Assembly (NCBI RefSeq): GCF_023638055.1
Contig: NZ_JAKRVY010000008.1
Location: 42,845 to 66,844, forward strand
Length of the DNA: 24,000 nucleotides
From: Natranaeroarchaeum aerophilus
GTDB lineage: Archaea > Halobacteriota > Halobacteria > Halobacteriales > Natronoarchaeaceae
Direction of reading: 5' to 3'
In this document: positions 9,266-16,297 of the stretch, in pieces
Numbering within the stretch: position 1 is the first letter of the stretch
How the letters are laid out: each line of letters opens with the position of its first letter
Program-made: the position numbers and the translations under genes
The notes under the pieces: model-generated
The model's input: only the letters and a program-made list of their open reading frames with translations
Database searches by the model: none
Told to the model about the DNA's origin: nothing

Positions 9266-10168
9266 TTACAGTTCGACCGCGTCGCCCTGGTCGTAGCTGC
9301 TAATCGACTGCGGGACGTTCAGGATCGTGACTGCCTCGCTGCCTGCCTGGGTGTTGATGCGCACGGTGGCGTCCTCACCCTCTTCGAGGTAGCGCAGGTC
9401 GGAGGTGTCGTCCGTTTCGAGTTCGATCGTCACGGTGTAGCGATCCTCACGCTCGGTCAGCACCGGAACCGTGTTCTCGGGGTCCTGCGTGCCTTCGACG
9501 CCGAATTCACCGACTTCAGGGTCGTCGGAGTAGCTGAGGAGTCGCTGACCGTCAGGGCCGATGTACTCGATCGAGGCTCCTGCGAGGTCGATCTCGTTCG
9601 CGCCCGGCGACTGCATGACCGTCATGCTCACTTCGTTGACCGTGTTGCCACGGACGTCGAGGGCGACCGAGCCGGTGTCGGTTTCACCATCTTCTGCGTT
9701 CAGAGTCAGTGTAGTTTCTCCGTCGTTTTCATCAGTGAAGGTGATAACGACATCATCACCATCCAGAGCACTAAAGTCTGTTAATTGACCACTGAAATCC
9801 TCATTTTCACTGACCGAATTTACAGGATCTTCATTATCTTGTTGGTCAACAACGAAATCAATCTCGCTCTCGTCAGCATTGAGTTCAGTCAGAGTAAACT
9901 CGTCGTTATCGAGATCAAGCTCAAACACAGCTTCTCCCTCCGCCTCAATCTCCCCAATCGAGCTGATAATCAGCACCTGGTTGGAGACCTGATCCTCGGA
10001 GTCCTGACTTGTCTCGCTAGCCTGGTTCTGCAGGAATCCTGCCGTGTTGATTAGTACGCTCGCTGCGATCGCTGCCACAAGAATCATCGCGATGAAGACG
10101 ATCAGGGTCTCGATACCGACCTGACCCCGGTCGTTGTCGCGTGTGAATTCGGGTATACTGATTTCCAT
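9266..10168 (-). CDS. Archaellin paralog 1 (300 aa), class III signal peptide
   Basis: [49 protein letters not shown] is the archaellin N-terminal signature with a prepilin-type cleavage site after RG. The C-terminal block [23 protein letters not shown]...[33 protein letters not shown] matches archaellin C-terminal architecture. GAGGA lies 9 nt before the ATG. Confidence 0.9.
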   Translation of the reverse strand: MEISIPEFTRDNDRGQVGIETLIVFIAMILVAAIAASVLINTAGFLQNQASETSQDSEDQVSNQVLIISSIGEIEAEGEAVFELDLDNDEFTLTELNADESEIDFVVDQQDNEDPVNSVSENEDFSGQLTDFSALDGDDVVITFTDENDGETTLTLNAEDGETDTGSVALDVRGNTVNEVSMTVMQSPGANEIDLAGASIEYIGPDGQRLLSYSDDPEVGEFGVEGTQDPENTVPVLTEREDRYTVTIELETDDTSDLRYLEEGEDATVRINTQAGSEAVTILNVPQSISSYDQGDAVEL

Positions 10169-10262
10169 TTGTGTGTATCCTCGCGTTGGGTTCGCCTTCG
10201 GGGGCCACCTGTTGGGCGGCCTCTACACGTCCAATAGAAAGGGTATAAAAAAGAACCACAGC
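9951..10262. repeat. Duplicated block (archaellin codons 1-73 plus 5' UTR plus TATA box), copy A
   Basis: Hand alignment with 12280..12588. The coding part (about 219 nt) differs at only about 8 positions. Similarity starts abruptly at TCCCCAATCGAGCTG and continues through the UTR (with indels) to the TATA box. Confidence 0.8.
10241..10256 (-). promoter_or_regulatory. TATA-box-like promoter element of archaellin paralog 1
   Basis: The minus strand reads GGTTCTTTTTTATACCC about 80 nt upstream of the ATG. The same 17-mer is duplicated upstream of paralog 3. Confidence 0.5.
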
Positions 10263-10405
10263 CTAGGCCGATAGGAGCCGAGAACACCCCGTACCTTTTT
10301 ACATAGGTGGTCGGTCAGAACGACATCGAAACCCGGTGCAAGCACGGGACTCTATTCTTCACAAGCGACTACTGCCTCGATGAACCGGAAAAGAATCGAG
10401 CCGCG

Positions 10406-11290
10406 CTACAGTTCGACCGCGTCGCCCTGATCGTAGCTGCTGATCGACTGCGGGACGTTCAGGATCGTGACTGCCTCGCTGCCTGCCTGCGTGGTGATCC
10501 GCACGGTGGCGTCCTCGCCCTCTTCGAGATAGCGAAGTGAAGACTGCGCGTCAGTTTCGAGATCCATCGTCACGGTGTAGCGGTCCTCGCGTTTGGTCAG
10601 TACGGGGACAGTGTCGCCAGGATCTTGCGTCCCTTCGACACCGAACTCACCGACTTCGGGGTTCTCAGAGTAGCTCAGGAGCTCTTGCCCGTCCGGACCG
10701 ACGTACTCGATCGAGGCTCCTGCGAGGTCGATCTCGTTCGCACCCGGCGACTGCATCACCAGCACGCTGACCTCGCTGATCGTGTTCCCGCGTGCGTCGA
10801 GCGCGAGCGTATCGGTGTCGGTTTCGCCAGCGTCAGCATCGAGGACCAGCGTAATTTCCTCGTCGTTCGCGTCGACGTGAGTAATGGTGATTTCCTGTGA
10901 AAAGTCGAAGCCGTTCGTGGTAATGTCGGTATCCGGCCCGCTGATATCGACGTCTTCGCTGGTTCCGCCCTCGTCTTCTACAGTGACTGTGACGGTCCCC
11001 TCTGCGTCGAACGTTACTACATCGAGTCTATCGTTGGGCCGGTGGAGCGAGAATTCGATCTCATCAGGGGCGGCTACTTCACCGACCGAACTGATGACCA
11101 GTACCTGATTCGAGACCTGATCCTCCGAATCCTGACTCGTCTGTGATGCCTGATTCTGCAGGAACCCGGCCGTGTTGATCAGGATCGTCGCCGCTATCGC
11201 TGCTACGAGGATCATCGCGATGAAGATGATCAGGGTCTCGACGCCGATCTGCCCGCGTGTGCGTGAATGGTCTGGTAGCGTGATCTCCAT
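10406..11290 (-). CDS. Archaellin paralog 2 (294 aa)
   Basis: [47 protein letters not shown]. The C-terminal approximately 120 aa are nearly identical to paralog 1. GGAGG Shine-Dalgarno-like motif 5 nt before the ATG. Confidence 0.9.
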   Translation of the reverse strand: MEITLPDHSRTRGQIGVETLIIFIAMILVAAIAATILINTAGFLQNQASQTSQDSEDQVSNQVLVISSVGEVAAPDEIEFSLHRPNDRLDVVTFDAEGTVTVTVEDEGGTSEDVDISGPDTDITTNGFDFSQEITITHVDANDEEITLVLDADAGETDTDTLALDARGNTISEVSVLVMQSPGANEIDLAGASIEYVGPDGQELLSYSENPEVGEFGVEGTQDPGDTVPVLTKREDRYTVTMDLETDAQSSLRYLEEGEDATVRITTQAGSEAVTILNVPQSISSYDQGDAVEL

Positions 11291-11500
11291 ATCTGCCTCC
11301 GTTGGTTCGAGTGTAGACCAGACGGTCCTTGGAACCGGATACTGCTGTAGTACTAAAGAGACTACACGCTAATATCGTAGCCCAGGTGGACACCTGCTAC
11401 CTTTTTTATTAGGCATGTATAGGACGCCGTCACGATTCTCTCAGACACGTCAATTATCTCCGTGCGAATACGGAGCTGTCGCTCGCGAATCTAGCGCGCC

Positions 11501-11515
11501 GAAAAAGGAAAAACC
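11501..11515 (-). terminator. Oligo-T transcription terminator candidate after archaellin paralog 3
   Basis: The minus strand reads GGTTTTTCCTTTTTC, 17-31 nt downstream of the stop at 11532. Archaeal RNA polymerase terminates at T-runs. Confidence 0.45.
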
Positions 11516-11531
11516 GCACTGAGTCAGTCGC

Positions 11532-12497
11532 TTACAGTTCGACCGCGTCGCCGTCGTCGAAGCTGCTGATCGACTGCGGGACGTTCAGGATCGTGACTGC
11601 CTCGCTGCCTGCCTGCGTATTGATTCGGACGGTGGCGTCCTCACCCTCTTCGAGGAGGCGCAGTGCGTCCTCGTCCTCGGCGAGGTCGACCGTTACGGTG
11701 TAGCGGTCCTCACGCTGGGTCAGCACCGGTGCGGTCTCATCGGGGTCCTGCGTGCCGTCGACGCCGAACTCACCGACGACCGGGTCGTCGGAGTAGCTGA
11801 GGAGCTGCTGGCCGTCCGGGCCGATGTACTCGATCGAGGCACCGGCGAGGTCGATCTCGTTGGCACCCGGCGACTGCATGACCGTCATGCTCACTTCGCC
11901 GATGCGGTTGTCGGCTTCTGTATATTCTACTGACAGAGTGTTCTCTGCCTCGTCGCCTTCGTCAGCGAGGTCACTCTCTACATCGAAGTCAACACTATTG
12001 GTTGTGTCAAGATCGGTTACAGTAACACTCACGTCATTGGATGAGGGATCAGCAACACTACCGAGATTTTCCGATTCGCCTACATCGATTTCTTCAACTT
12101 CATCCCCAGTGCCTTGATCATCGAACCCATCACCAAGAGTAACGTCAAGTGTCTCTCCATCAGTAACTTCATCACTTTCTACTGACAGAACGTATTCTGC
12201 GGCGGTTTGATCATCCGAATTTATTTGTTCTAAAGTAACACTGACATCATCCTCAAAGACTTCGTCAAATTCTGTAACTTCCCCAATCGAGCTGATAATC
12301 AGCACCTGATTGGAGACCTGATCCTCGGAGTCCTGACTCGTCTCGCTGGCCTGGTTCTGCAGGAATCCGGCCGTATTGATTAGTACGCTCGCTGCGATCG
12401 CTGCCACAAGTATCATCGCGATGAAGACGATCAGGGTCTCGATACCGACCTGACCCCGGTCGTTGTCGCGTGTGAATTCGGGTATGCTGATTTCCAT
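11532..12497 (-). CDS. Archaellin paralog 3 (321 aa)
   Basis: The listed ORF 11532..12620 carries a basic, Trp/Cys-rich leader that is implausible here. ATG at 12497 gives a 73-aa N-terminus identical to paralog 1 ([25 protein letters not shown]...IISSIGE). The conserved archaellin C-terminal block is present. It has the largest central insert. Confidence 0.9.
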   Translation of the reverse strand: MEISIPEFTRDNDRGQVGIETLIVFIAMILVAAIAASVLINTAGFLQNQASETSQDSEDQVSNQVLIISSIGEVTEFDEVFEDDVSVTLEQINSDDQTAAEYVLSVESDEVTDGETLDVTLGDGFDDQGTGDEVEEIDVGESENLGSVADPSSNDVSVTVTDLDTTNSVDFDVESDLADEGDEAENTLSVEYTEADNRIGEVSMTVMQSPGANEIDLAGASIEYIGPDGQQLLSYSDDPVVGEFGVDGTQDPDETAPVLTQREDRYTVTVDLAEDEDALRLLEEGEDATVRINTQAGSEAVTILNVPQSISSFDDGDAVEL

Positions 12498-12588
12498 TGG
12501 TGTGTATCCTCGCGTTAGGTCCGCAGGCCGCTTGTTGAGCAGCCTCTGTACTGTCCATAGAAGGGGTATAAAAAAGAACCACAGGCTA
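12280..12588. repeat. Duplicated block (archaellin codons 1-73 plus 5' UTR plus TATA box), copy B
   Basis: See copy A (9951..10262). Confidence 0.8.
12564..12579 (-). promoter_or_regulatory. TATA-box-like promoter element of archaellin paralog 3
   Basis: The minus strand reads GGTTCTTTTTTATACCC about 75 nt upstream of ATG 12497. It is part of the duplicated 5' block shared with paralog 1. Confidence 0.5.
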
Positions 12589-12765
12589 CACCAGTAGGAC
12601 CGGTGCCGACACCGGACCATGTTGATTAGGTAGTCGTGAGGATCGCTCGGTACAGGCCGTCAAACGTCCGATTACTGGCTCGATCGGGCGATCCACGCCG
12701 AACGCGTGCGCTCACACCGTGCAGGTAGTGCGCGCTCGTGCGCGAAGAGAGACTTCGGAGTCGGC

Positions 12766-13386
12766 TTACAGCGCTACCGCGTCACCGTCGTCGTAGCTGC
12801 TGAGCGACTGTGGGGCGTTCAGGATCTCTACCGCCTCGCTCCCGGCGGGGGTGACGATCCGCAGCGTCGCGCTCTCGCCCGGTTCGAGATATCGGAGATC
12901 GCTGGTGTCGTCGTCGGTCAGGTCGATGCTGACGACGTAGCGGTCCTTGCGCTCGGTGAGAACCGGGACGGTATCGCCGTCGCGGATGTCACGCACGCCG
13001 AAGGTCCCCGCGGCGGCGTCCGCACCGCTCTCGGCGTAGATCAGCGTCTCCTGACCGTCGGGACCGATATACTCGATCGAGGAGCCGCCGAGGTCGATCT
13101 CCCCGGCACCGGGTGATTGCATCACGCTCACGCGGACCTCGCCGATAGCGTTGTCCCCGCCGTCGTCGGAGATCGCGCCGACCGAGCTGATGATCAGCAC
13201 CTGATTGGAGACCTGATCCTGGGCGTCCTGCGCGGTCGTCGTTGCCTGATTCTGGAGAAATCCGGCGGTGTTGAGCAACAGTGTGGCCGCGATCGCCGCG
13301 ACGAGGACCATCGCGATGAACACGATCAGCGTCTCGACGCCGATCTGGGCACGCCGCTCCGGTCTGTCTGGTGTGGTGATCTCCAT
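12766..13386 (-). CDS. Archaellin paralog 4 (206 aa, minimal form without central insert)
   Basis: [47 protein letters not shown], with the cut after RA instead of RG. The N- and C-terminal archaellin blocks are joined by only about 12 residues. It is more diverged from paralogs 1-3 at nucleotide level. No SD-like motif; a TTTTATTTT box lies about 45-55 nt upstream on the minus strand (13428-13440). Confidence 0.88.
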   Translation of the reverse strand: MEITTPDRPERRAQIGVETLIVFIAMVLVAAIAATLLLNTAGFLQNQATTTAQDAQDQVSNQVLIISSVGAISDDGGDNAIGEVRVSVMQSPGAGEIDLGGSSIEYIGPDGQETLIYAESGADAAAGTFGVRDIRDGDTVPVLTERKDRYVVSIDLTDDDTSDLRYLEPGESATLRIVTPAGSEAVEILNAPQSLSSYDDGDAVAL

Positions 13387-13559
13387 GGCTGGTGTCTGGC
13401 TGTGGCCTGTATGAAGTTTCGTGTCAAATGAAAATAAAAGTTCCTAATATGATAGTATGGGGGCGCAATCAAGACCCTACACAAATAGGCACTCGAAAGT
13501 AATTGATACTGCGGTTTCTGTGCCCAGTGCGACGTTGAAAGCACCAGAAAATACTTTGT

Positions 13560-13581
13560 GTTTGTGTATGCATACACAAAC
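13560..13581. promoter_or_regulatory. Perfect 22-bp palindrome abutting the vapB start codon (candidate TA operator)
   Basis: GTTTGTGTATG|CATACACAAAC, with every position self-complementary. It ends 1 nt before the vapB ATG (13583). Confidence 0.5.
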
Positions 13582-13582
13582 T

Positions 13583-13861
13583 ATGGGGACAAAGACCATC
13601 GGCATCCGAGAGGACGTATATGAGCGGTTGAAAGCTCGAAAACGAGAGGATGAGAGTTTTACGGACCTTATGAACCGAATACTGGATGAGACGACTGTCG
13701 ATTGGCGTGAGGGATTTGGAACACTCTCCGAAGGAGAAGCCGACGAGCTCGAACAAATCGTTGCGGACTCCCGGGACCAGACAGGGAAGGGGCTTTCTGC
13801 ACGGCAACATGAGGCTCTTGATGAGTTCGCGGATAGAGAGACAGAAGATGAAACTGCTTGA
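13583..13861 (+). CDS. vapB: VapB-type antitoxin (DUF217/PF02697-like)
   Basis: MGTKTIGIREDVYERLKARKREDESFTDLMNRIL matches the archaeal putative-antitoxin pattern (TI.I.dDVYe.L...K...ESFSd.I..L). Acidic tail. Overlaps the downstream PIN gene by 14 nt. ATG at 13583 is chosen over the TTG/GTG-extended ORF start at 13457. Confidence 0.75.
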   Translation: MGTKTIGIREDVYERLKARKREDESFTDLMNRILDETTVDWREGFGTLSEGEADELEQIVADSRDQTGKGLSARQHEALDEFADRETEDETA

Positions 13862-14249
13862 CACCACGTTCCTCATCCATTACTGGGCAGGTCGGGAAGC
13901 GATTGAAGAGTATCTTGAAACGCACGAAGAAGAGGAGTTCGTAACGACCGCACTGAACATCAAAGAGATTGCTGTCGGACGGGAAATTCAGGGGAAGCTG
14001 GACCCAGTTGAGATTCAGTCACAGTTTGCGTGGACGACTATCCTCCCGTTTCAGGTAGAACATGCCGTTATTGCTGGCGAGCTAGAAGCGGAATTCCATC
14101 GCGATGAAACAGTGAATCAGGACAAAATAAATTCCCTTTCTGGAGATCTATTGATTGCCGCCGTTGCTAAAGAGGCAGGCCCAACAGTTGTCACGCAAAA
14201 TACGGACGACTTCCAGCTATTCGATGGAGTATCTGTAGAGACCTATTAA
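13848..14249 (+). CDS. vapC: PIN-domain ribonuclease toxin VapC
   Basis: 133 aa. MKLLDTTFLI (first acidic PIN residue), IKEIAVG, SGDLLIAAVA and VVTQNTDDF give the four PIN acidic positions in the usual order and spacing. Overlaps vapB. Visibly lower GC than the flanking genes. Confidence 0.82.
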   Translation: MKLLDTTFLIHYWAGREAIEEYLETHEEEEFVTTALNIKEIAVGREIQGKLDPVEIQSQFAWTTILPFQVEHAVIAGELEAEFHRDETVNQDKINSLSGDLLIAAVAKEAGPTVVTQNTDDFQLFDGVSVETY

Positions 14250-14962
14250 TTGACATCCTCCTCCGCGTGAAAACGGAGGAATCCCGAGCGGTGGGAGTTT
14301 CAGGTCTGCAACCATGGTTGCCGCCACTTTGCGGGAACCCGTTTAACCCAGTCGTCGTGGTCGGTGGCTGTCTAGCCGTGCCAAGCGGCTGTTACTCCTA
14401 TCCTCCATCATGTTCGGACTCTCCGTGTTATTTTTGCCACGGAGAGTCCGGCAGACTTCAACGGACTTGGAGTTATCGTCGGGGCTTGCTCAGGCCAACA
14501 GGCACGAGACGAACCCTTCGAGGATTCGCGTTTACCGTGTTGGCGTTTCGGATACTGTCTCATTGAGTGGCGGGCGGGCCGCCTCCGAAGGCCGTTCGGA
14601 ATCCGCTCCGTTCCGACCTGACCTTACCGACGTGTAGTGGTTATTGCTACTTGAAAGTGCGGTTTGGAAACTCAAGGATGCCATCGAACGTGGTTCGTGT
14701 AGAGTAGTGTCGGATTCATCCTGCGGCTAAAGCCGCAGGTATTCTCCTTGCTCTGTATAATTCACATTGGCGATCCGGGCGAGCGTCCAGTATCGGAACG
14801 AGAAACGTCAGGTGCTACCAGGGGTGAGTCCTCACCGAACGACCACCCGGCCAAATATGTTAGGTCCGGGATCCGTCCCGGGTCGACACACGACAGTCGA
14901 GTATTCTGGCAAATATAGCAGCTAGACGCCGTACAGCCTCGGAATCGGACCAAAATAGTGAT
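14250..14962. other. Lower-GC, hairpin-dense region with no credible ORF (possible structured RNA, long 5' UTR or decayed mobile DNA)
   Basis: No minus-strand ORF of 60 aa or more. The only plus-strand ORFs encode Cys/Arg/Pro-rich, non-acidic peptides. Perfect stems: 14259-14265/14274-14280 (7 bp), 14308-14321 (14-nt palindrome GCAACCATGGTTGC), 14415-14427/14438-14450 (13 bp, loop TTATTTTTGC), 14720-14727/14732-14739 (8 bp, loop TAAA), plus several 5-bp hairpins over 14570-14620. Confidence 0.5.
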
Positions 14963-15010
14963 TTGGGGAAAGGGATAAACCGGCTCAACCAGTATTCGAG
15001 GAGAGTGAGT

Positions 15011-15568
15011 ATGAGTCGACGAGACAGCGTGACCGGGCGCAGTTCCACTCCGCACCTGGACTCGCTCGATGGGACGGCGGCAGAGCAGGTGACTGCGATG
15101 GCCTGGGCGCGATACCTCGGCAACGAGTTCGGTTCGAGTGGCGCGATCCGATCCCTGCGATTCTACAGGGACGCCGGCTGGATCAGCAGCGAGGTGTACC
15201 GACGGATGGTCGATTACGTGCGCGGGCTCTCGGTCGAGGAACTCTCGGACGACGATGACGGCGACGAGACGAGTATTGACGCGCTCGCGGAGACACCCTA
15301 CGAGGGCCACGCTCGATCACTCGAATACGTCGCCGCCATCGCTGGCGACAGCATCGAGCGGGACCTGACGACGCTCCGCCTCGGGCAGAACGGTGTCAGC
15401 TCGAACGCCGGGATCGGCGGTAGCGACGACGGCGGCGTCCCCGAGGACAGCCAGTGTGCGGCAACCGATGAGGATGGCGAGCCGTGTACACGGCCCGCAC
15501 TCGGTGATAGCGACTACTGTCACGACCACCACGAGGAACCGGTGGATGGCGAGATGGGCGAGGAGTAG
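15011..15568 (+). CDS. arlD: ArlD-like archaellum accessory protein (FlaD/E domain) with C-terminal Cys/His cluster
   Basis: PHLDSLDGTAAEQVTAMAWARYLGNEFGSSGAIRSLRFYRDAGWISSEVYRRMVDYVRGL...HARSLEYVAAIAG aligns by eye with the C-terminal domain of the arlCE product in this window (PYLTRFAATYATEVLLMEWLTMLVDRSGQEGALKALDHYDRIDWISEPVKRDLEVMLSG...HDRSFKYIARLS). The tail is CAATDEDGEPCTRPALGDSDYCHDHH. ATG at 15011 is preceded by GGAGAG; the listed ORF start 14963 is a TTG. Confidence 0.72.
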   Translation: MSRRDSVTGRSSTPHLDSLDGTAAEQVTAMAWARYLGNEFGSSGAIRSLRFYRDAGWISSEVYRRMVDYVRGLSVEELSDDDDGDETSIDALAETPYEGHARSLEYVAAIAGDSIERDLTTLRLGQNGVSSNAGIGGSDDGGVPEDSQCAATDEDGEPCTRPALGDSDYCHDHHEEPVDGEMGEE

Positions 15569-15583
15569 CGTCGGACGTAGGTG

Positions 15584-16030
15584 TCACACCTGGAGGAACT
15601 CCGACAGCACGTCCTCGGGGACAGGATTGGTGTACTCGAACGTCTCATCGTCACACAGAGCCTCGAAGTCCCTGTCCGTCGTAACAATCTCGTCAGCATC
15701 TGCTTGACGTGCAAGCGCGATATAAAAGCAATCGTATACGTCGTGGTTTTTTTCCGCACTGATTTCGTAGGCATCGAGAACAATGTCTGGCGTCGAGTCT
15801 ACACACTCCACCGGATACTGCAATAACGAACTCACTGCGTTTCGAGCATCGACTGTCGACAGACCGAGATCCTCAAGCACCCATTGCACTCGGAGTGAAA
15901 GATAGCCGAACAACAACAGCGTCTCTTCGCCGTGTAGTGCCGGAACGAGTCGCTCCGCCACGTACGGGTGGCCCGGATGGTCGTCGATAAGTTGGATCGA
16001 GAGCGCGTTGACATCAGGGAGTATCCGCAT
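15584..16030 (-). CDS. vapC: PIN-domain ribonuclease toxin VapC (second TA module)
   Basis: 148 aa. MRILPDVNAL.., YDCFYIALA, IVTTDRDF are PIN-like acidic positions. Its start codon (16028-16030) directly abuts the stop of the upstream antitoxin gene (16031-16033). Confidence 0.75.
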   Translation of the reverse strand: MRILPDVNALSIQLIDDHPGHPYVAERLVPALHGEETLLLFGYLSLRVQWVLEDLGLSTVDARNAVSSLLQYPVECVDSTPDIVLDAYEISAEKNHDVYDCFYIALARQADADEIVTTDRDFEALCDDETFEYTNPVPEDVLSEFLQV

Positions 16031-16297
16031 TTATCGCCCCCCGAACGTCGCTTCACCCGCATCTCGAAACGCGTCCTCCCCCCATTCGTCGCGTGATTTT
16101 CCCGACGAGACAGTCTCCAGTTCGGGGAGCTGTCGGACGAGCCTGATTTCGGTACCGTCCCGAAGGACTGTAAAGCGCGTCCCCCCATCGAGTCGAAGAT
16201 CGTCTCGTAGTGCTTTCGGTATCGTCAGACGGCCGCGATCGTTGATTTCAGCCTCACCGTACTCCTGTTGTTTCGGCCCCCCACCGGTATCGCTCAT
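16031..16297 (-). CDS. vapB: AbrB/SpoVT/MazE-fold antitoxin (VapB-type)
   Basis: From ATG 16297: MSDTGGGPKQQEYGEAEINDRGRLTIPKALRDDLRLDGGTRFTVLRDGTEIRLV is the swapped-hairpin AbrB-like DNA-binding motif (v.drGrvtIPk.iR..l.l..G). Immediately precedes a PIN gene. Lies 69 nt downstream of the arlJ stop on the same strand. Confidence 0.72.
   Translation of the reverse strand: MSDTGGGPKQQEYGEAEINDRGRLTIPKALRDDLRLDGGTRFTVLRDGTEIRLVRQLPELETVSSGKSRDEWGEDAFRDAGEATFGGR

Noticed and set aside
11532-12620. N-terminal extensions suggested by the ORF track: 41 extra codons on archaellin 3, 109 extra codons on bioD (2608..3606), and a TTG/GTG-started leader on vapB (13457), vapC (13686) and arlD-like (14963).
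   Set aside because: The extensions are basic or Cys/Trp-rich, overlap neighbouring genes or promoters, and begin before the conserved family N-termini. Internal ATGs reproduce the canonical N-termini: MEISIPEF.. is identical to paralog 1, and MSRALFVVGTDTGVGKT is the BioD P-loop.
9266-13386. Possibility that the four tandem repeats with conserved ends are a CRISPR-like or other non-coding repeat array.
   Set aside because: The repeat unit is more than 1 kb. Each unit is a full-length open reading frame with archaellin N- and C-terminal signatures and its own promoter-like region. No short direct repeat/spacer periodicity is present anywhere in the window.
14415-14450. GGAGAGTCCGG within the 13-bp hairpin resembles the RNase P RNA CR-I motif (GAGGAAAGUCC).
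   Set aside because: The match is imperfect. The motif here is simply one arm of a perfect hairpin. I could not find the other conserved RNase P regions (ACAGAAA-type CR-IV/CR-V) on either strand. The lower GC is also atypical for a haloarchaeal housekeeping RNA.
14590-14606. GTTCGGAATCC looks like a tRNA T-loop (GGTTCGAATCC), hinting at a tRNA or an att-site fragment.
   Set aside because: It has an extra base relative to the 7-nt T-loop. There is no complementary 5-bp T-stem, no acceptor/D-arm context and no CCA-proximal sequence. I do not consider it a tRNA or a convincing tRNA fragment.
14615-14624. The minus strand reads AGGTCAGGTCGGAACGGAGCGG, reminiscent of the SRP RNA helix 8 motif (AGGUCAGGUCCGGAAGGAAGCAGC).
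   Set aside because: The GGAA tetraloop is not closed by the required stem. The AGCA asymmetric loop is missing. No Alu-domain or long helix-5 pairing could be traced by eye. It is probably a coincidence. An Infernal scan would settle it.
14267-14637. Plus-strand ORFs 14267..14566 (99 aa) and 14410..14637 (75 aa) in the orphan region.
   Set aside because: The peptides are Cys/Pro/Arg/Gly-rich with a net basic charge, unlike every confident protein in this window. There is no GC3 bias. The 14267 start is a GTG sitting inside a hairpin loop. I treated these as non-coding.
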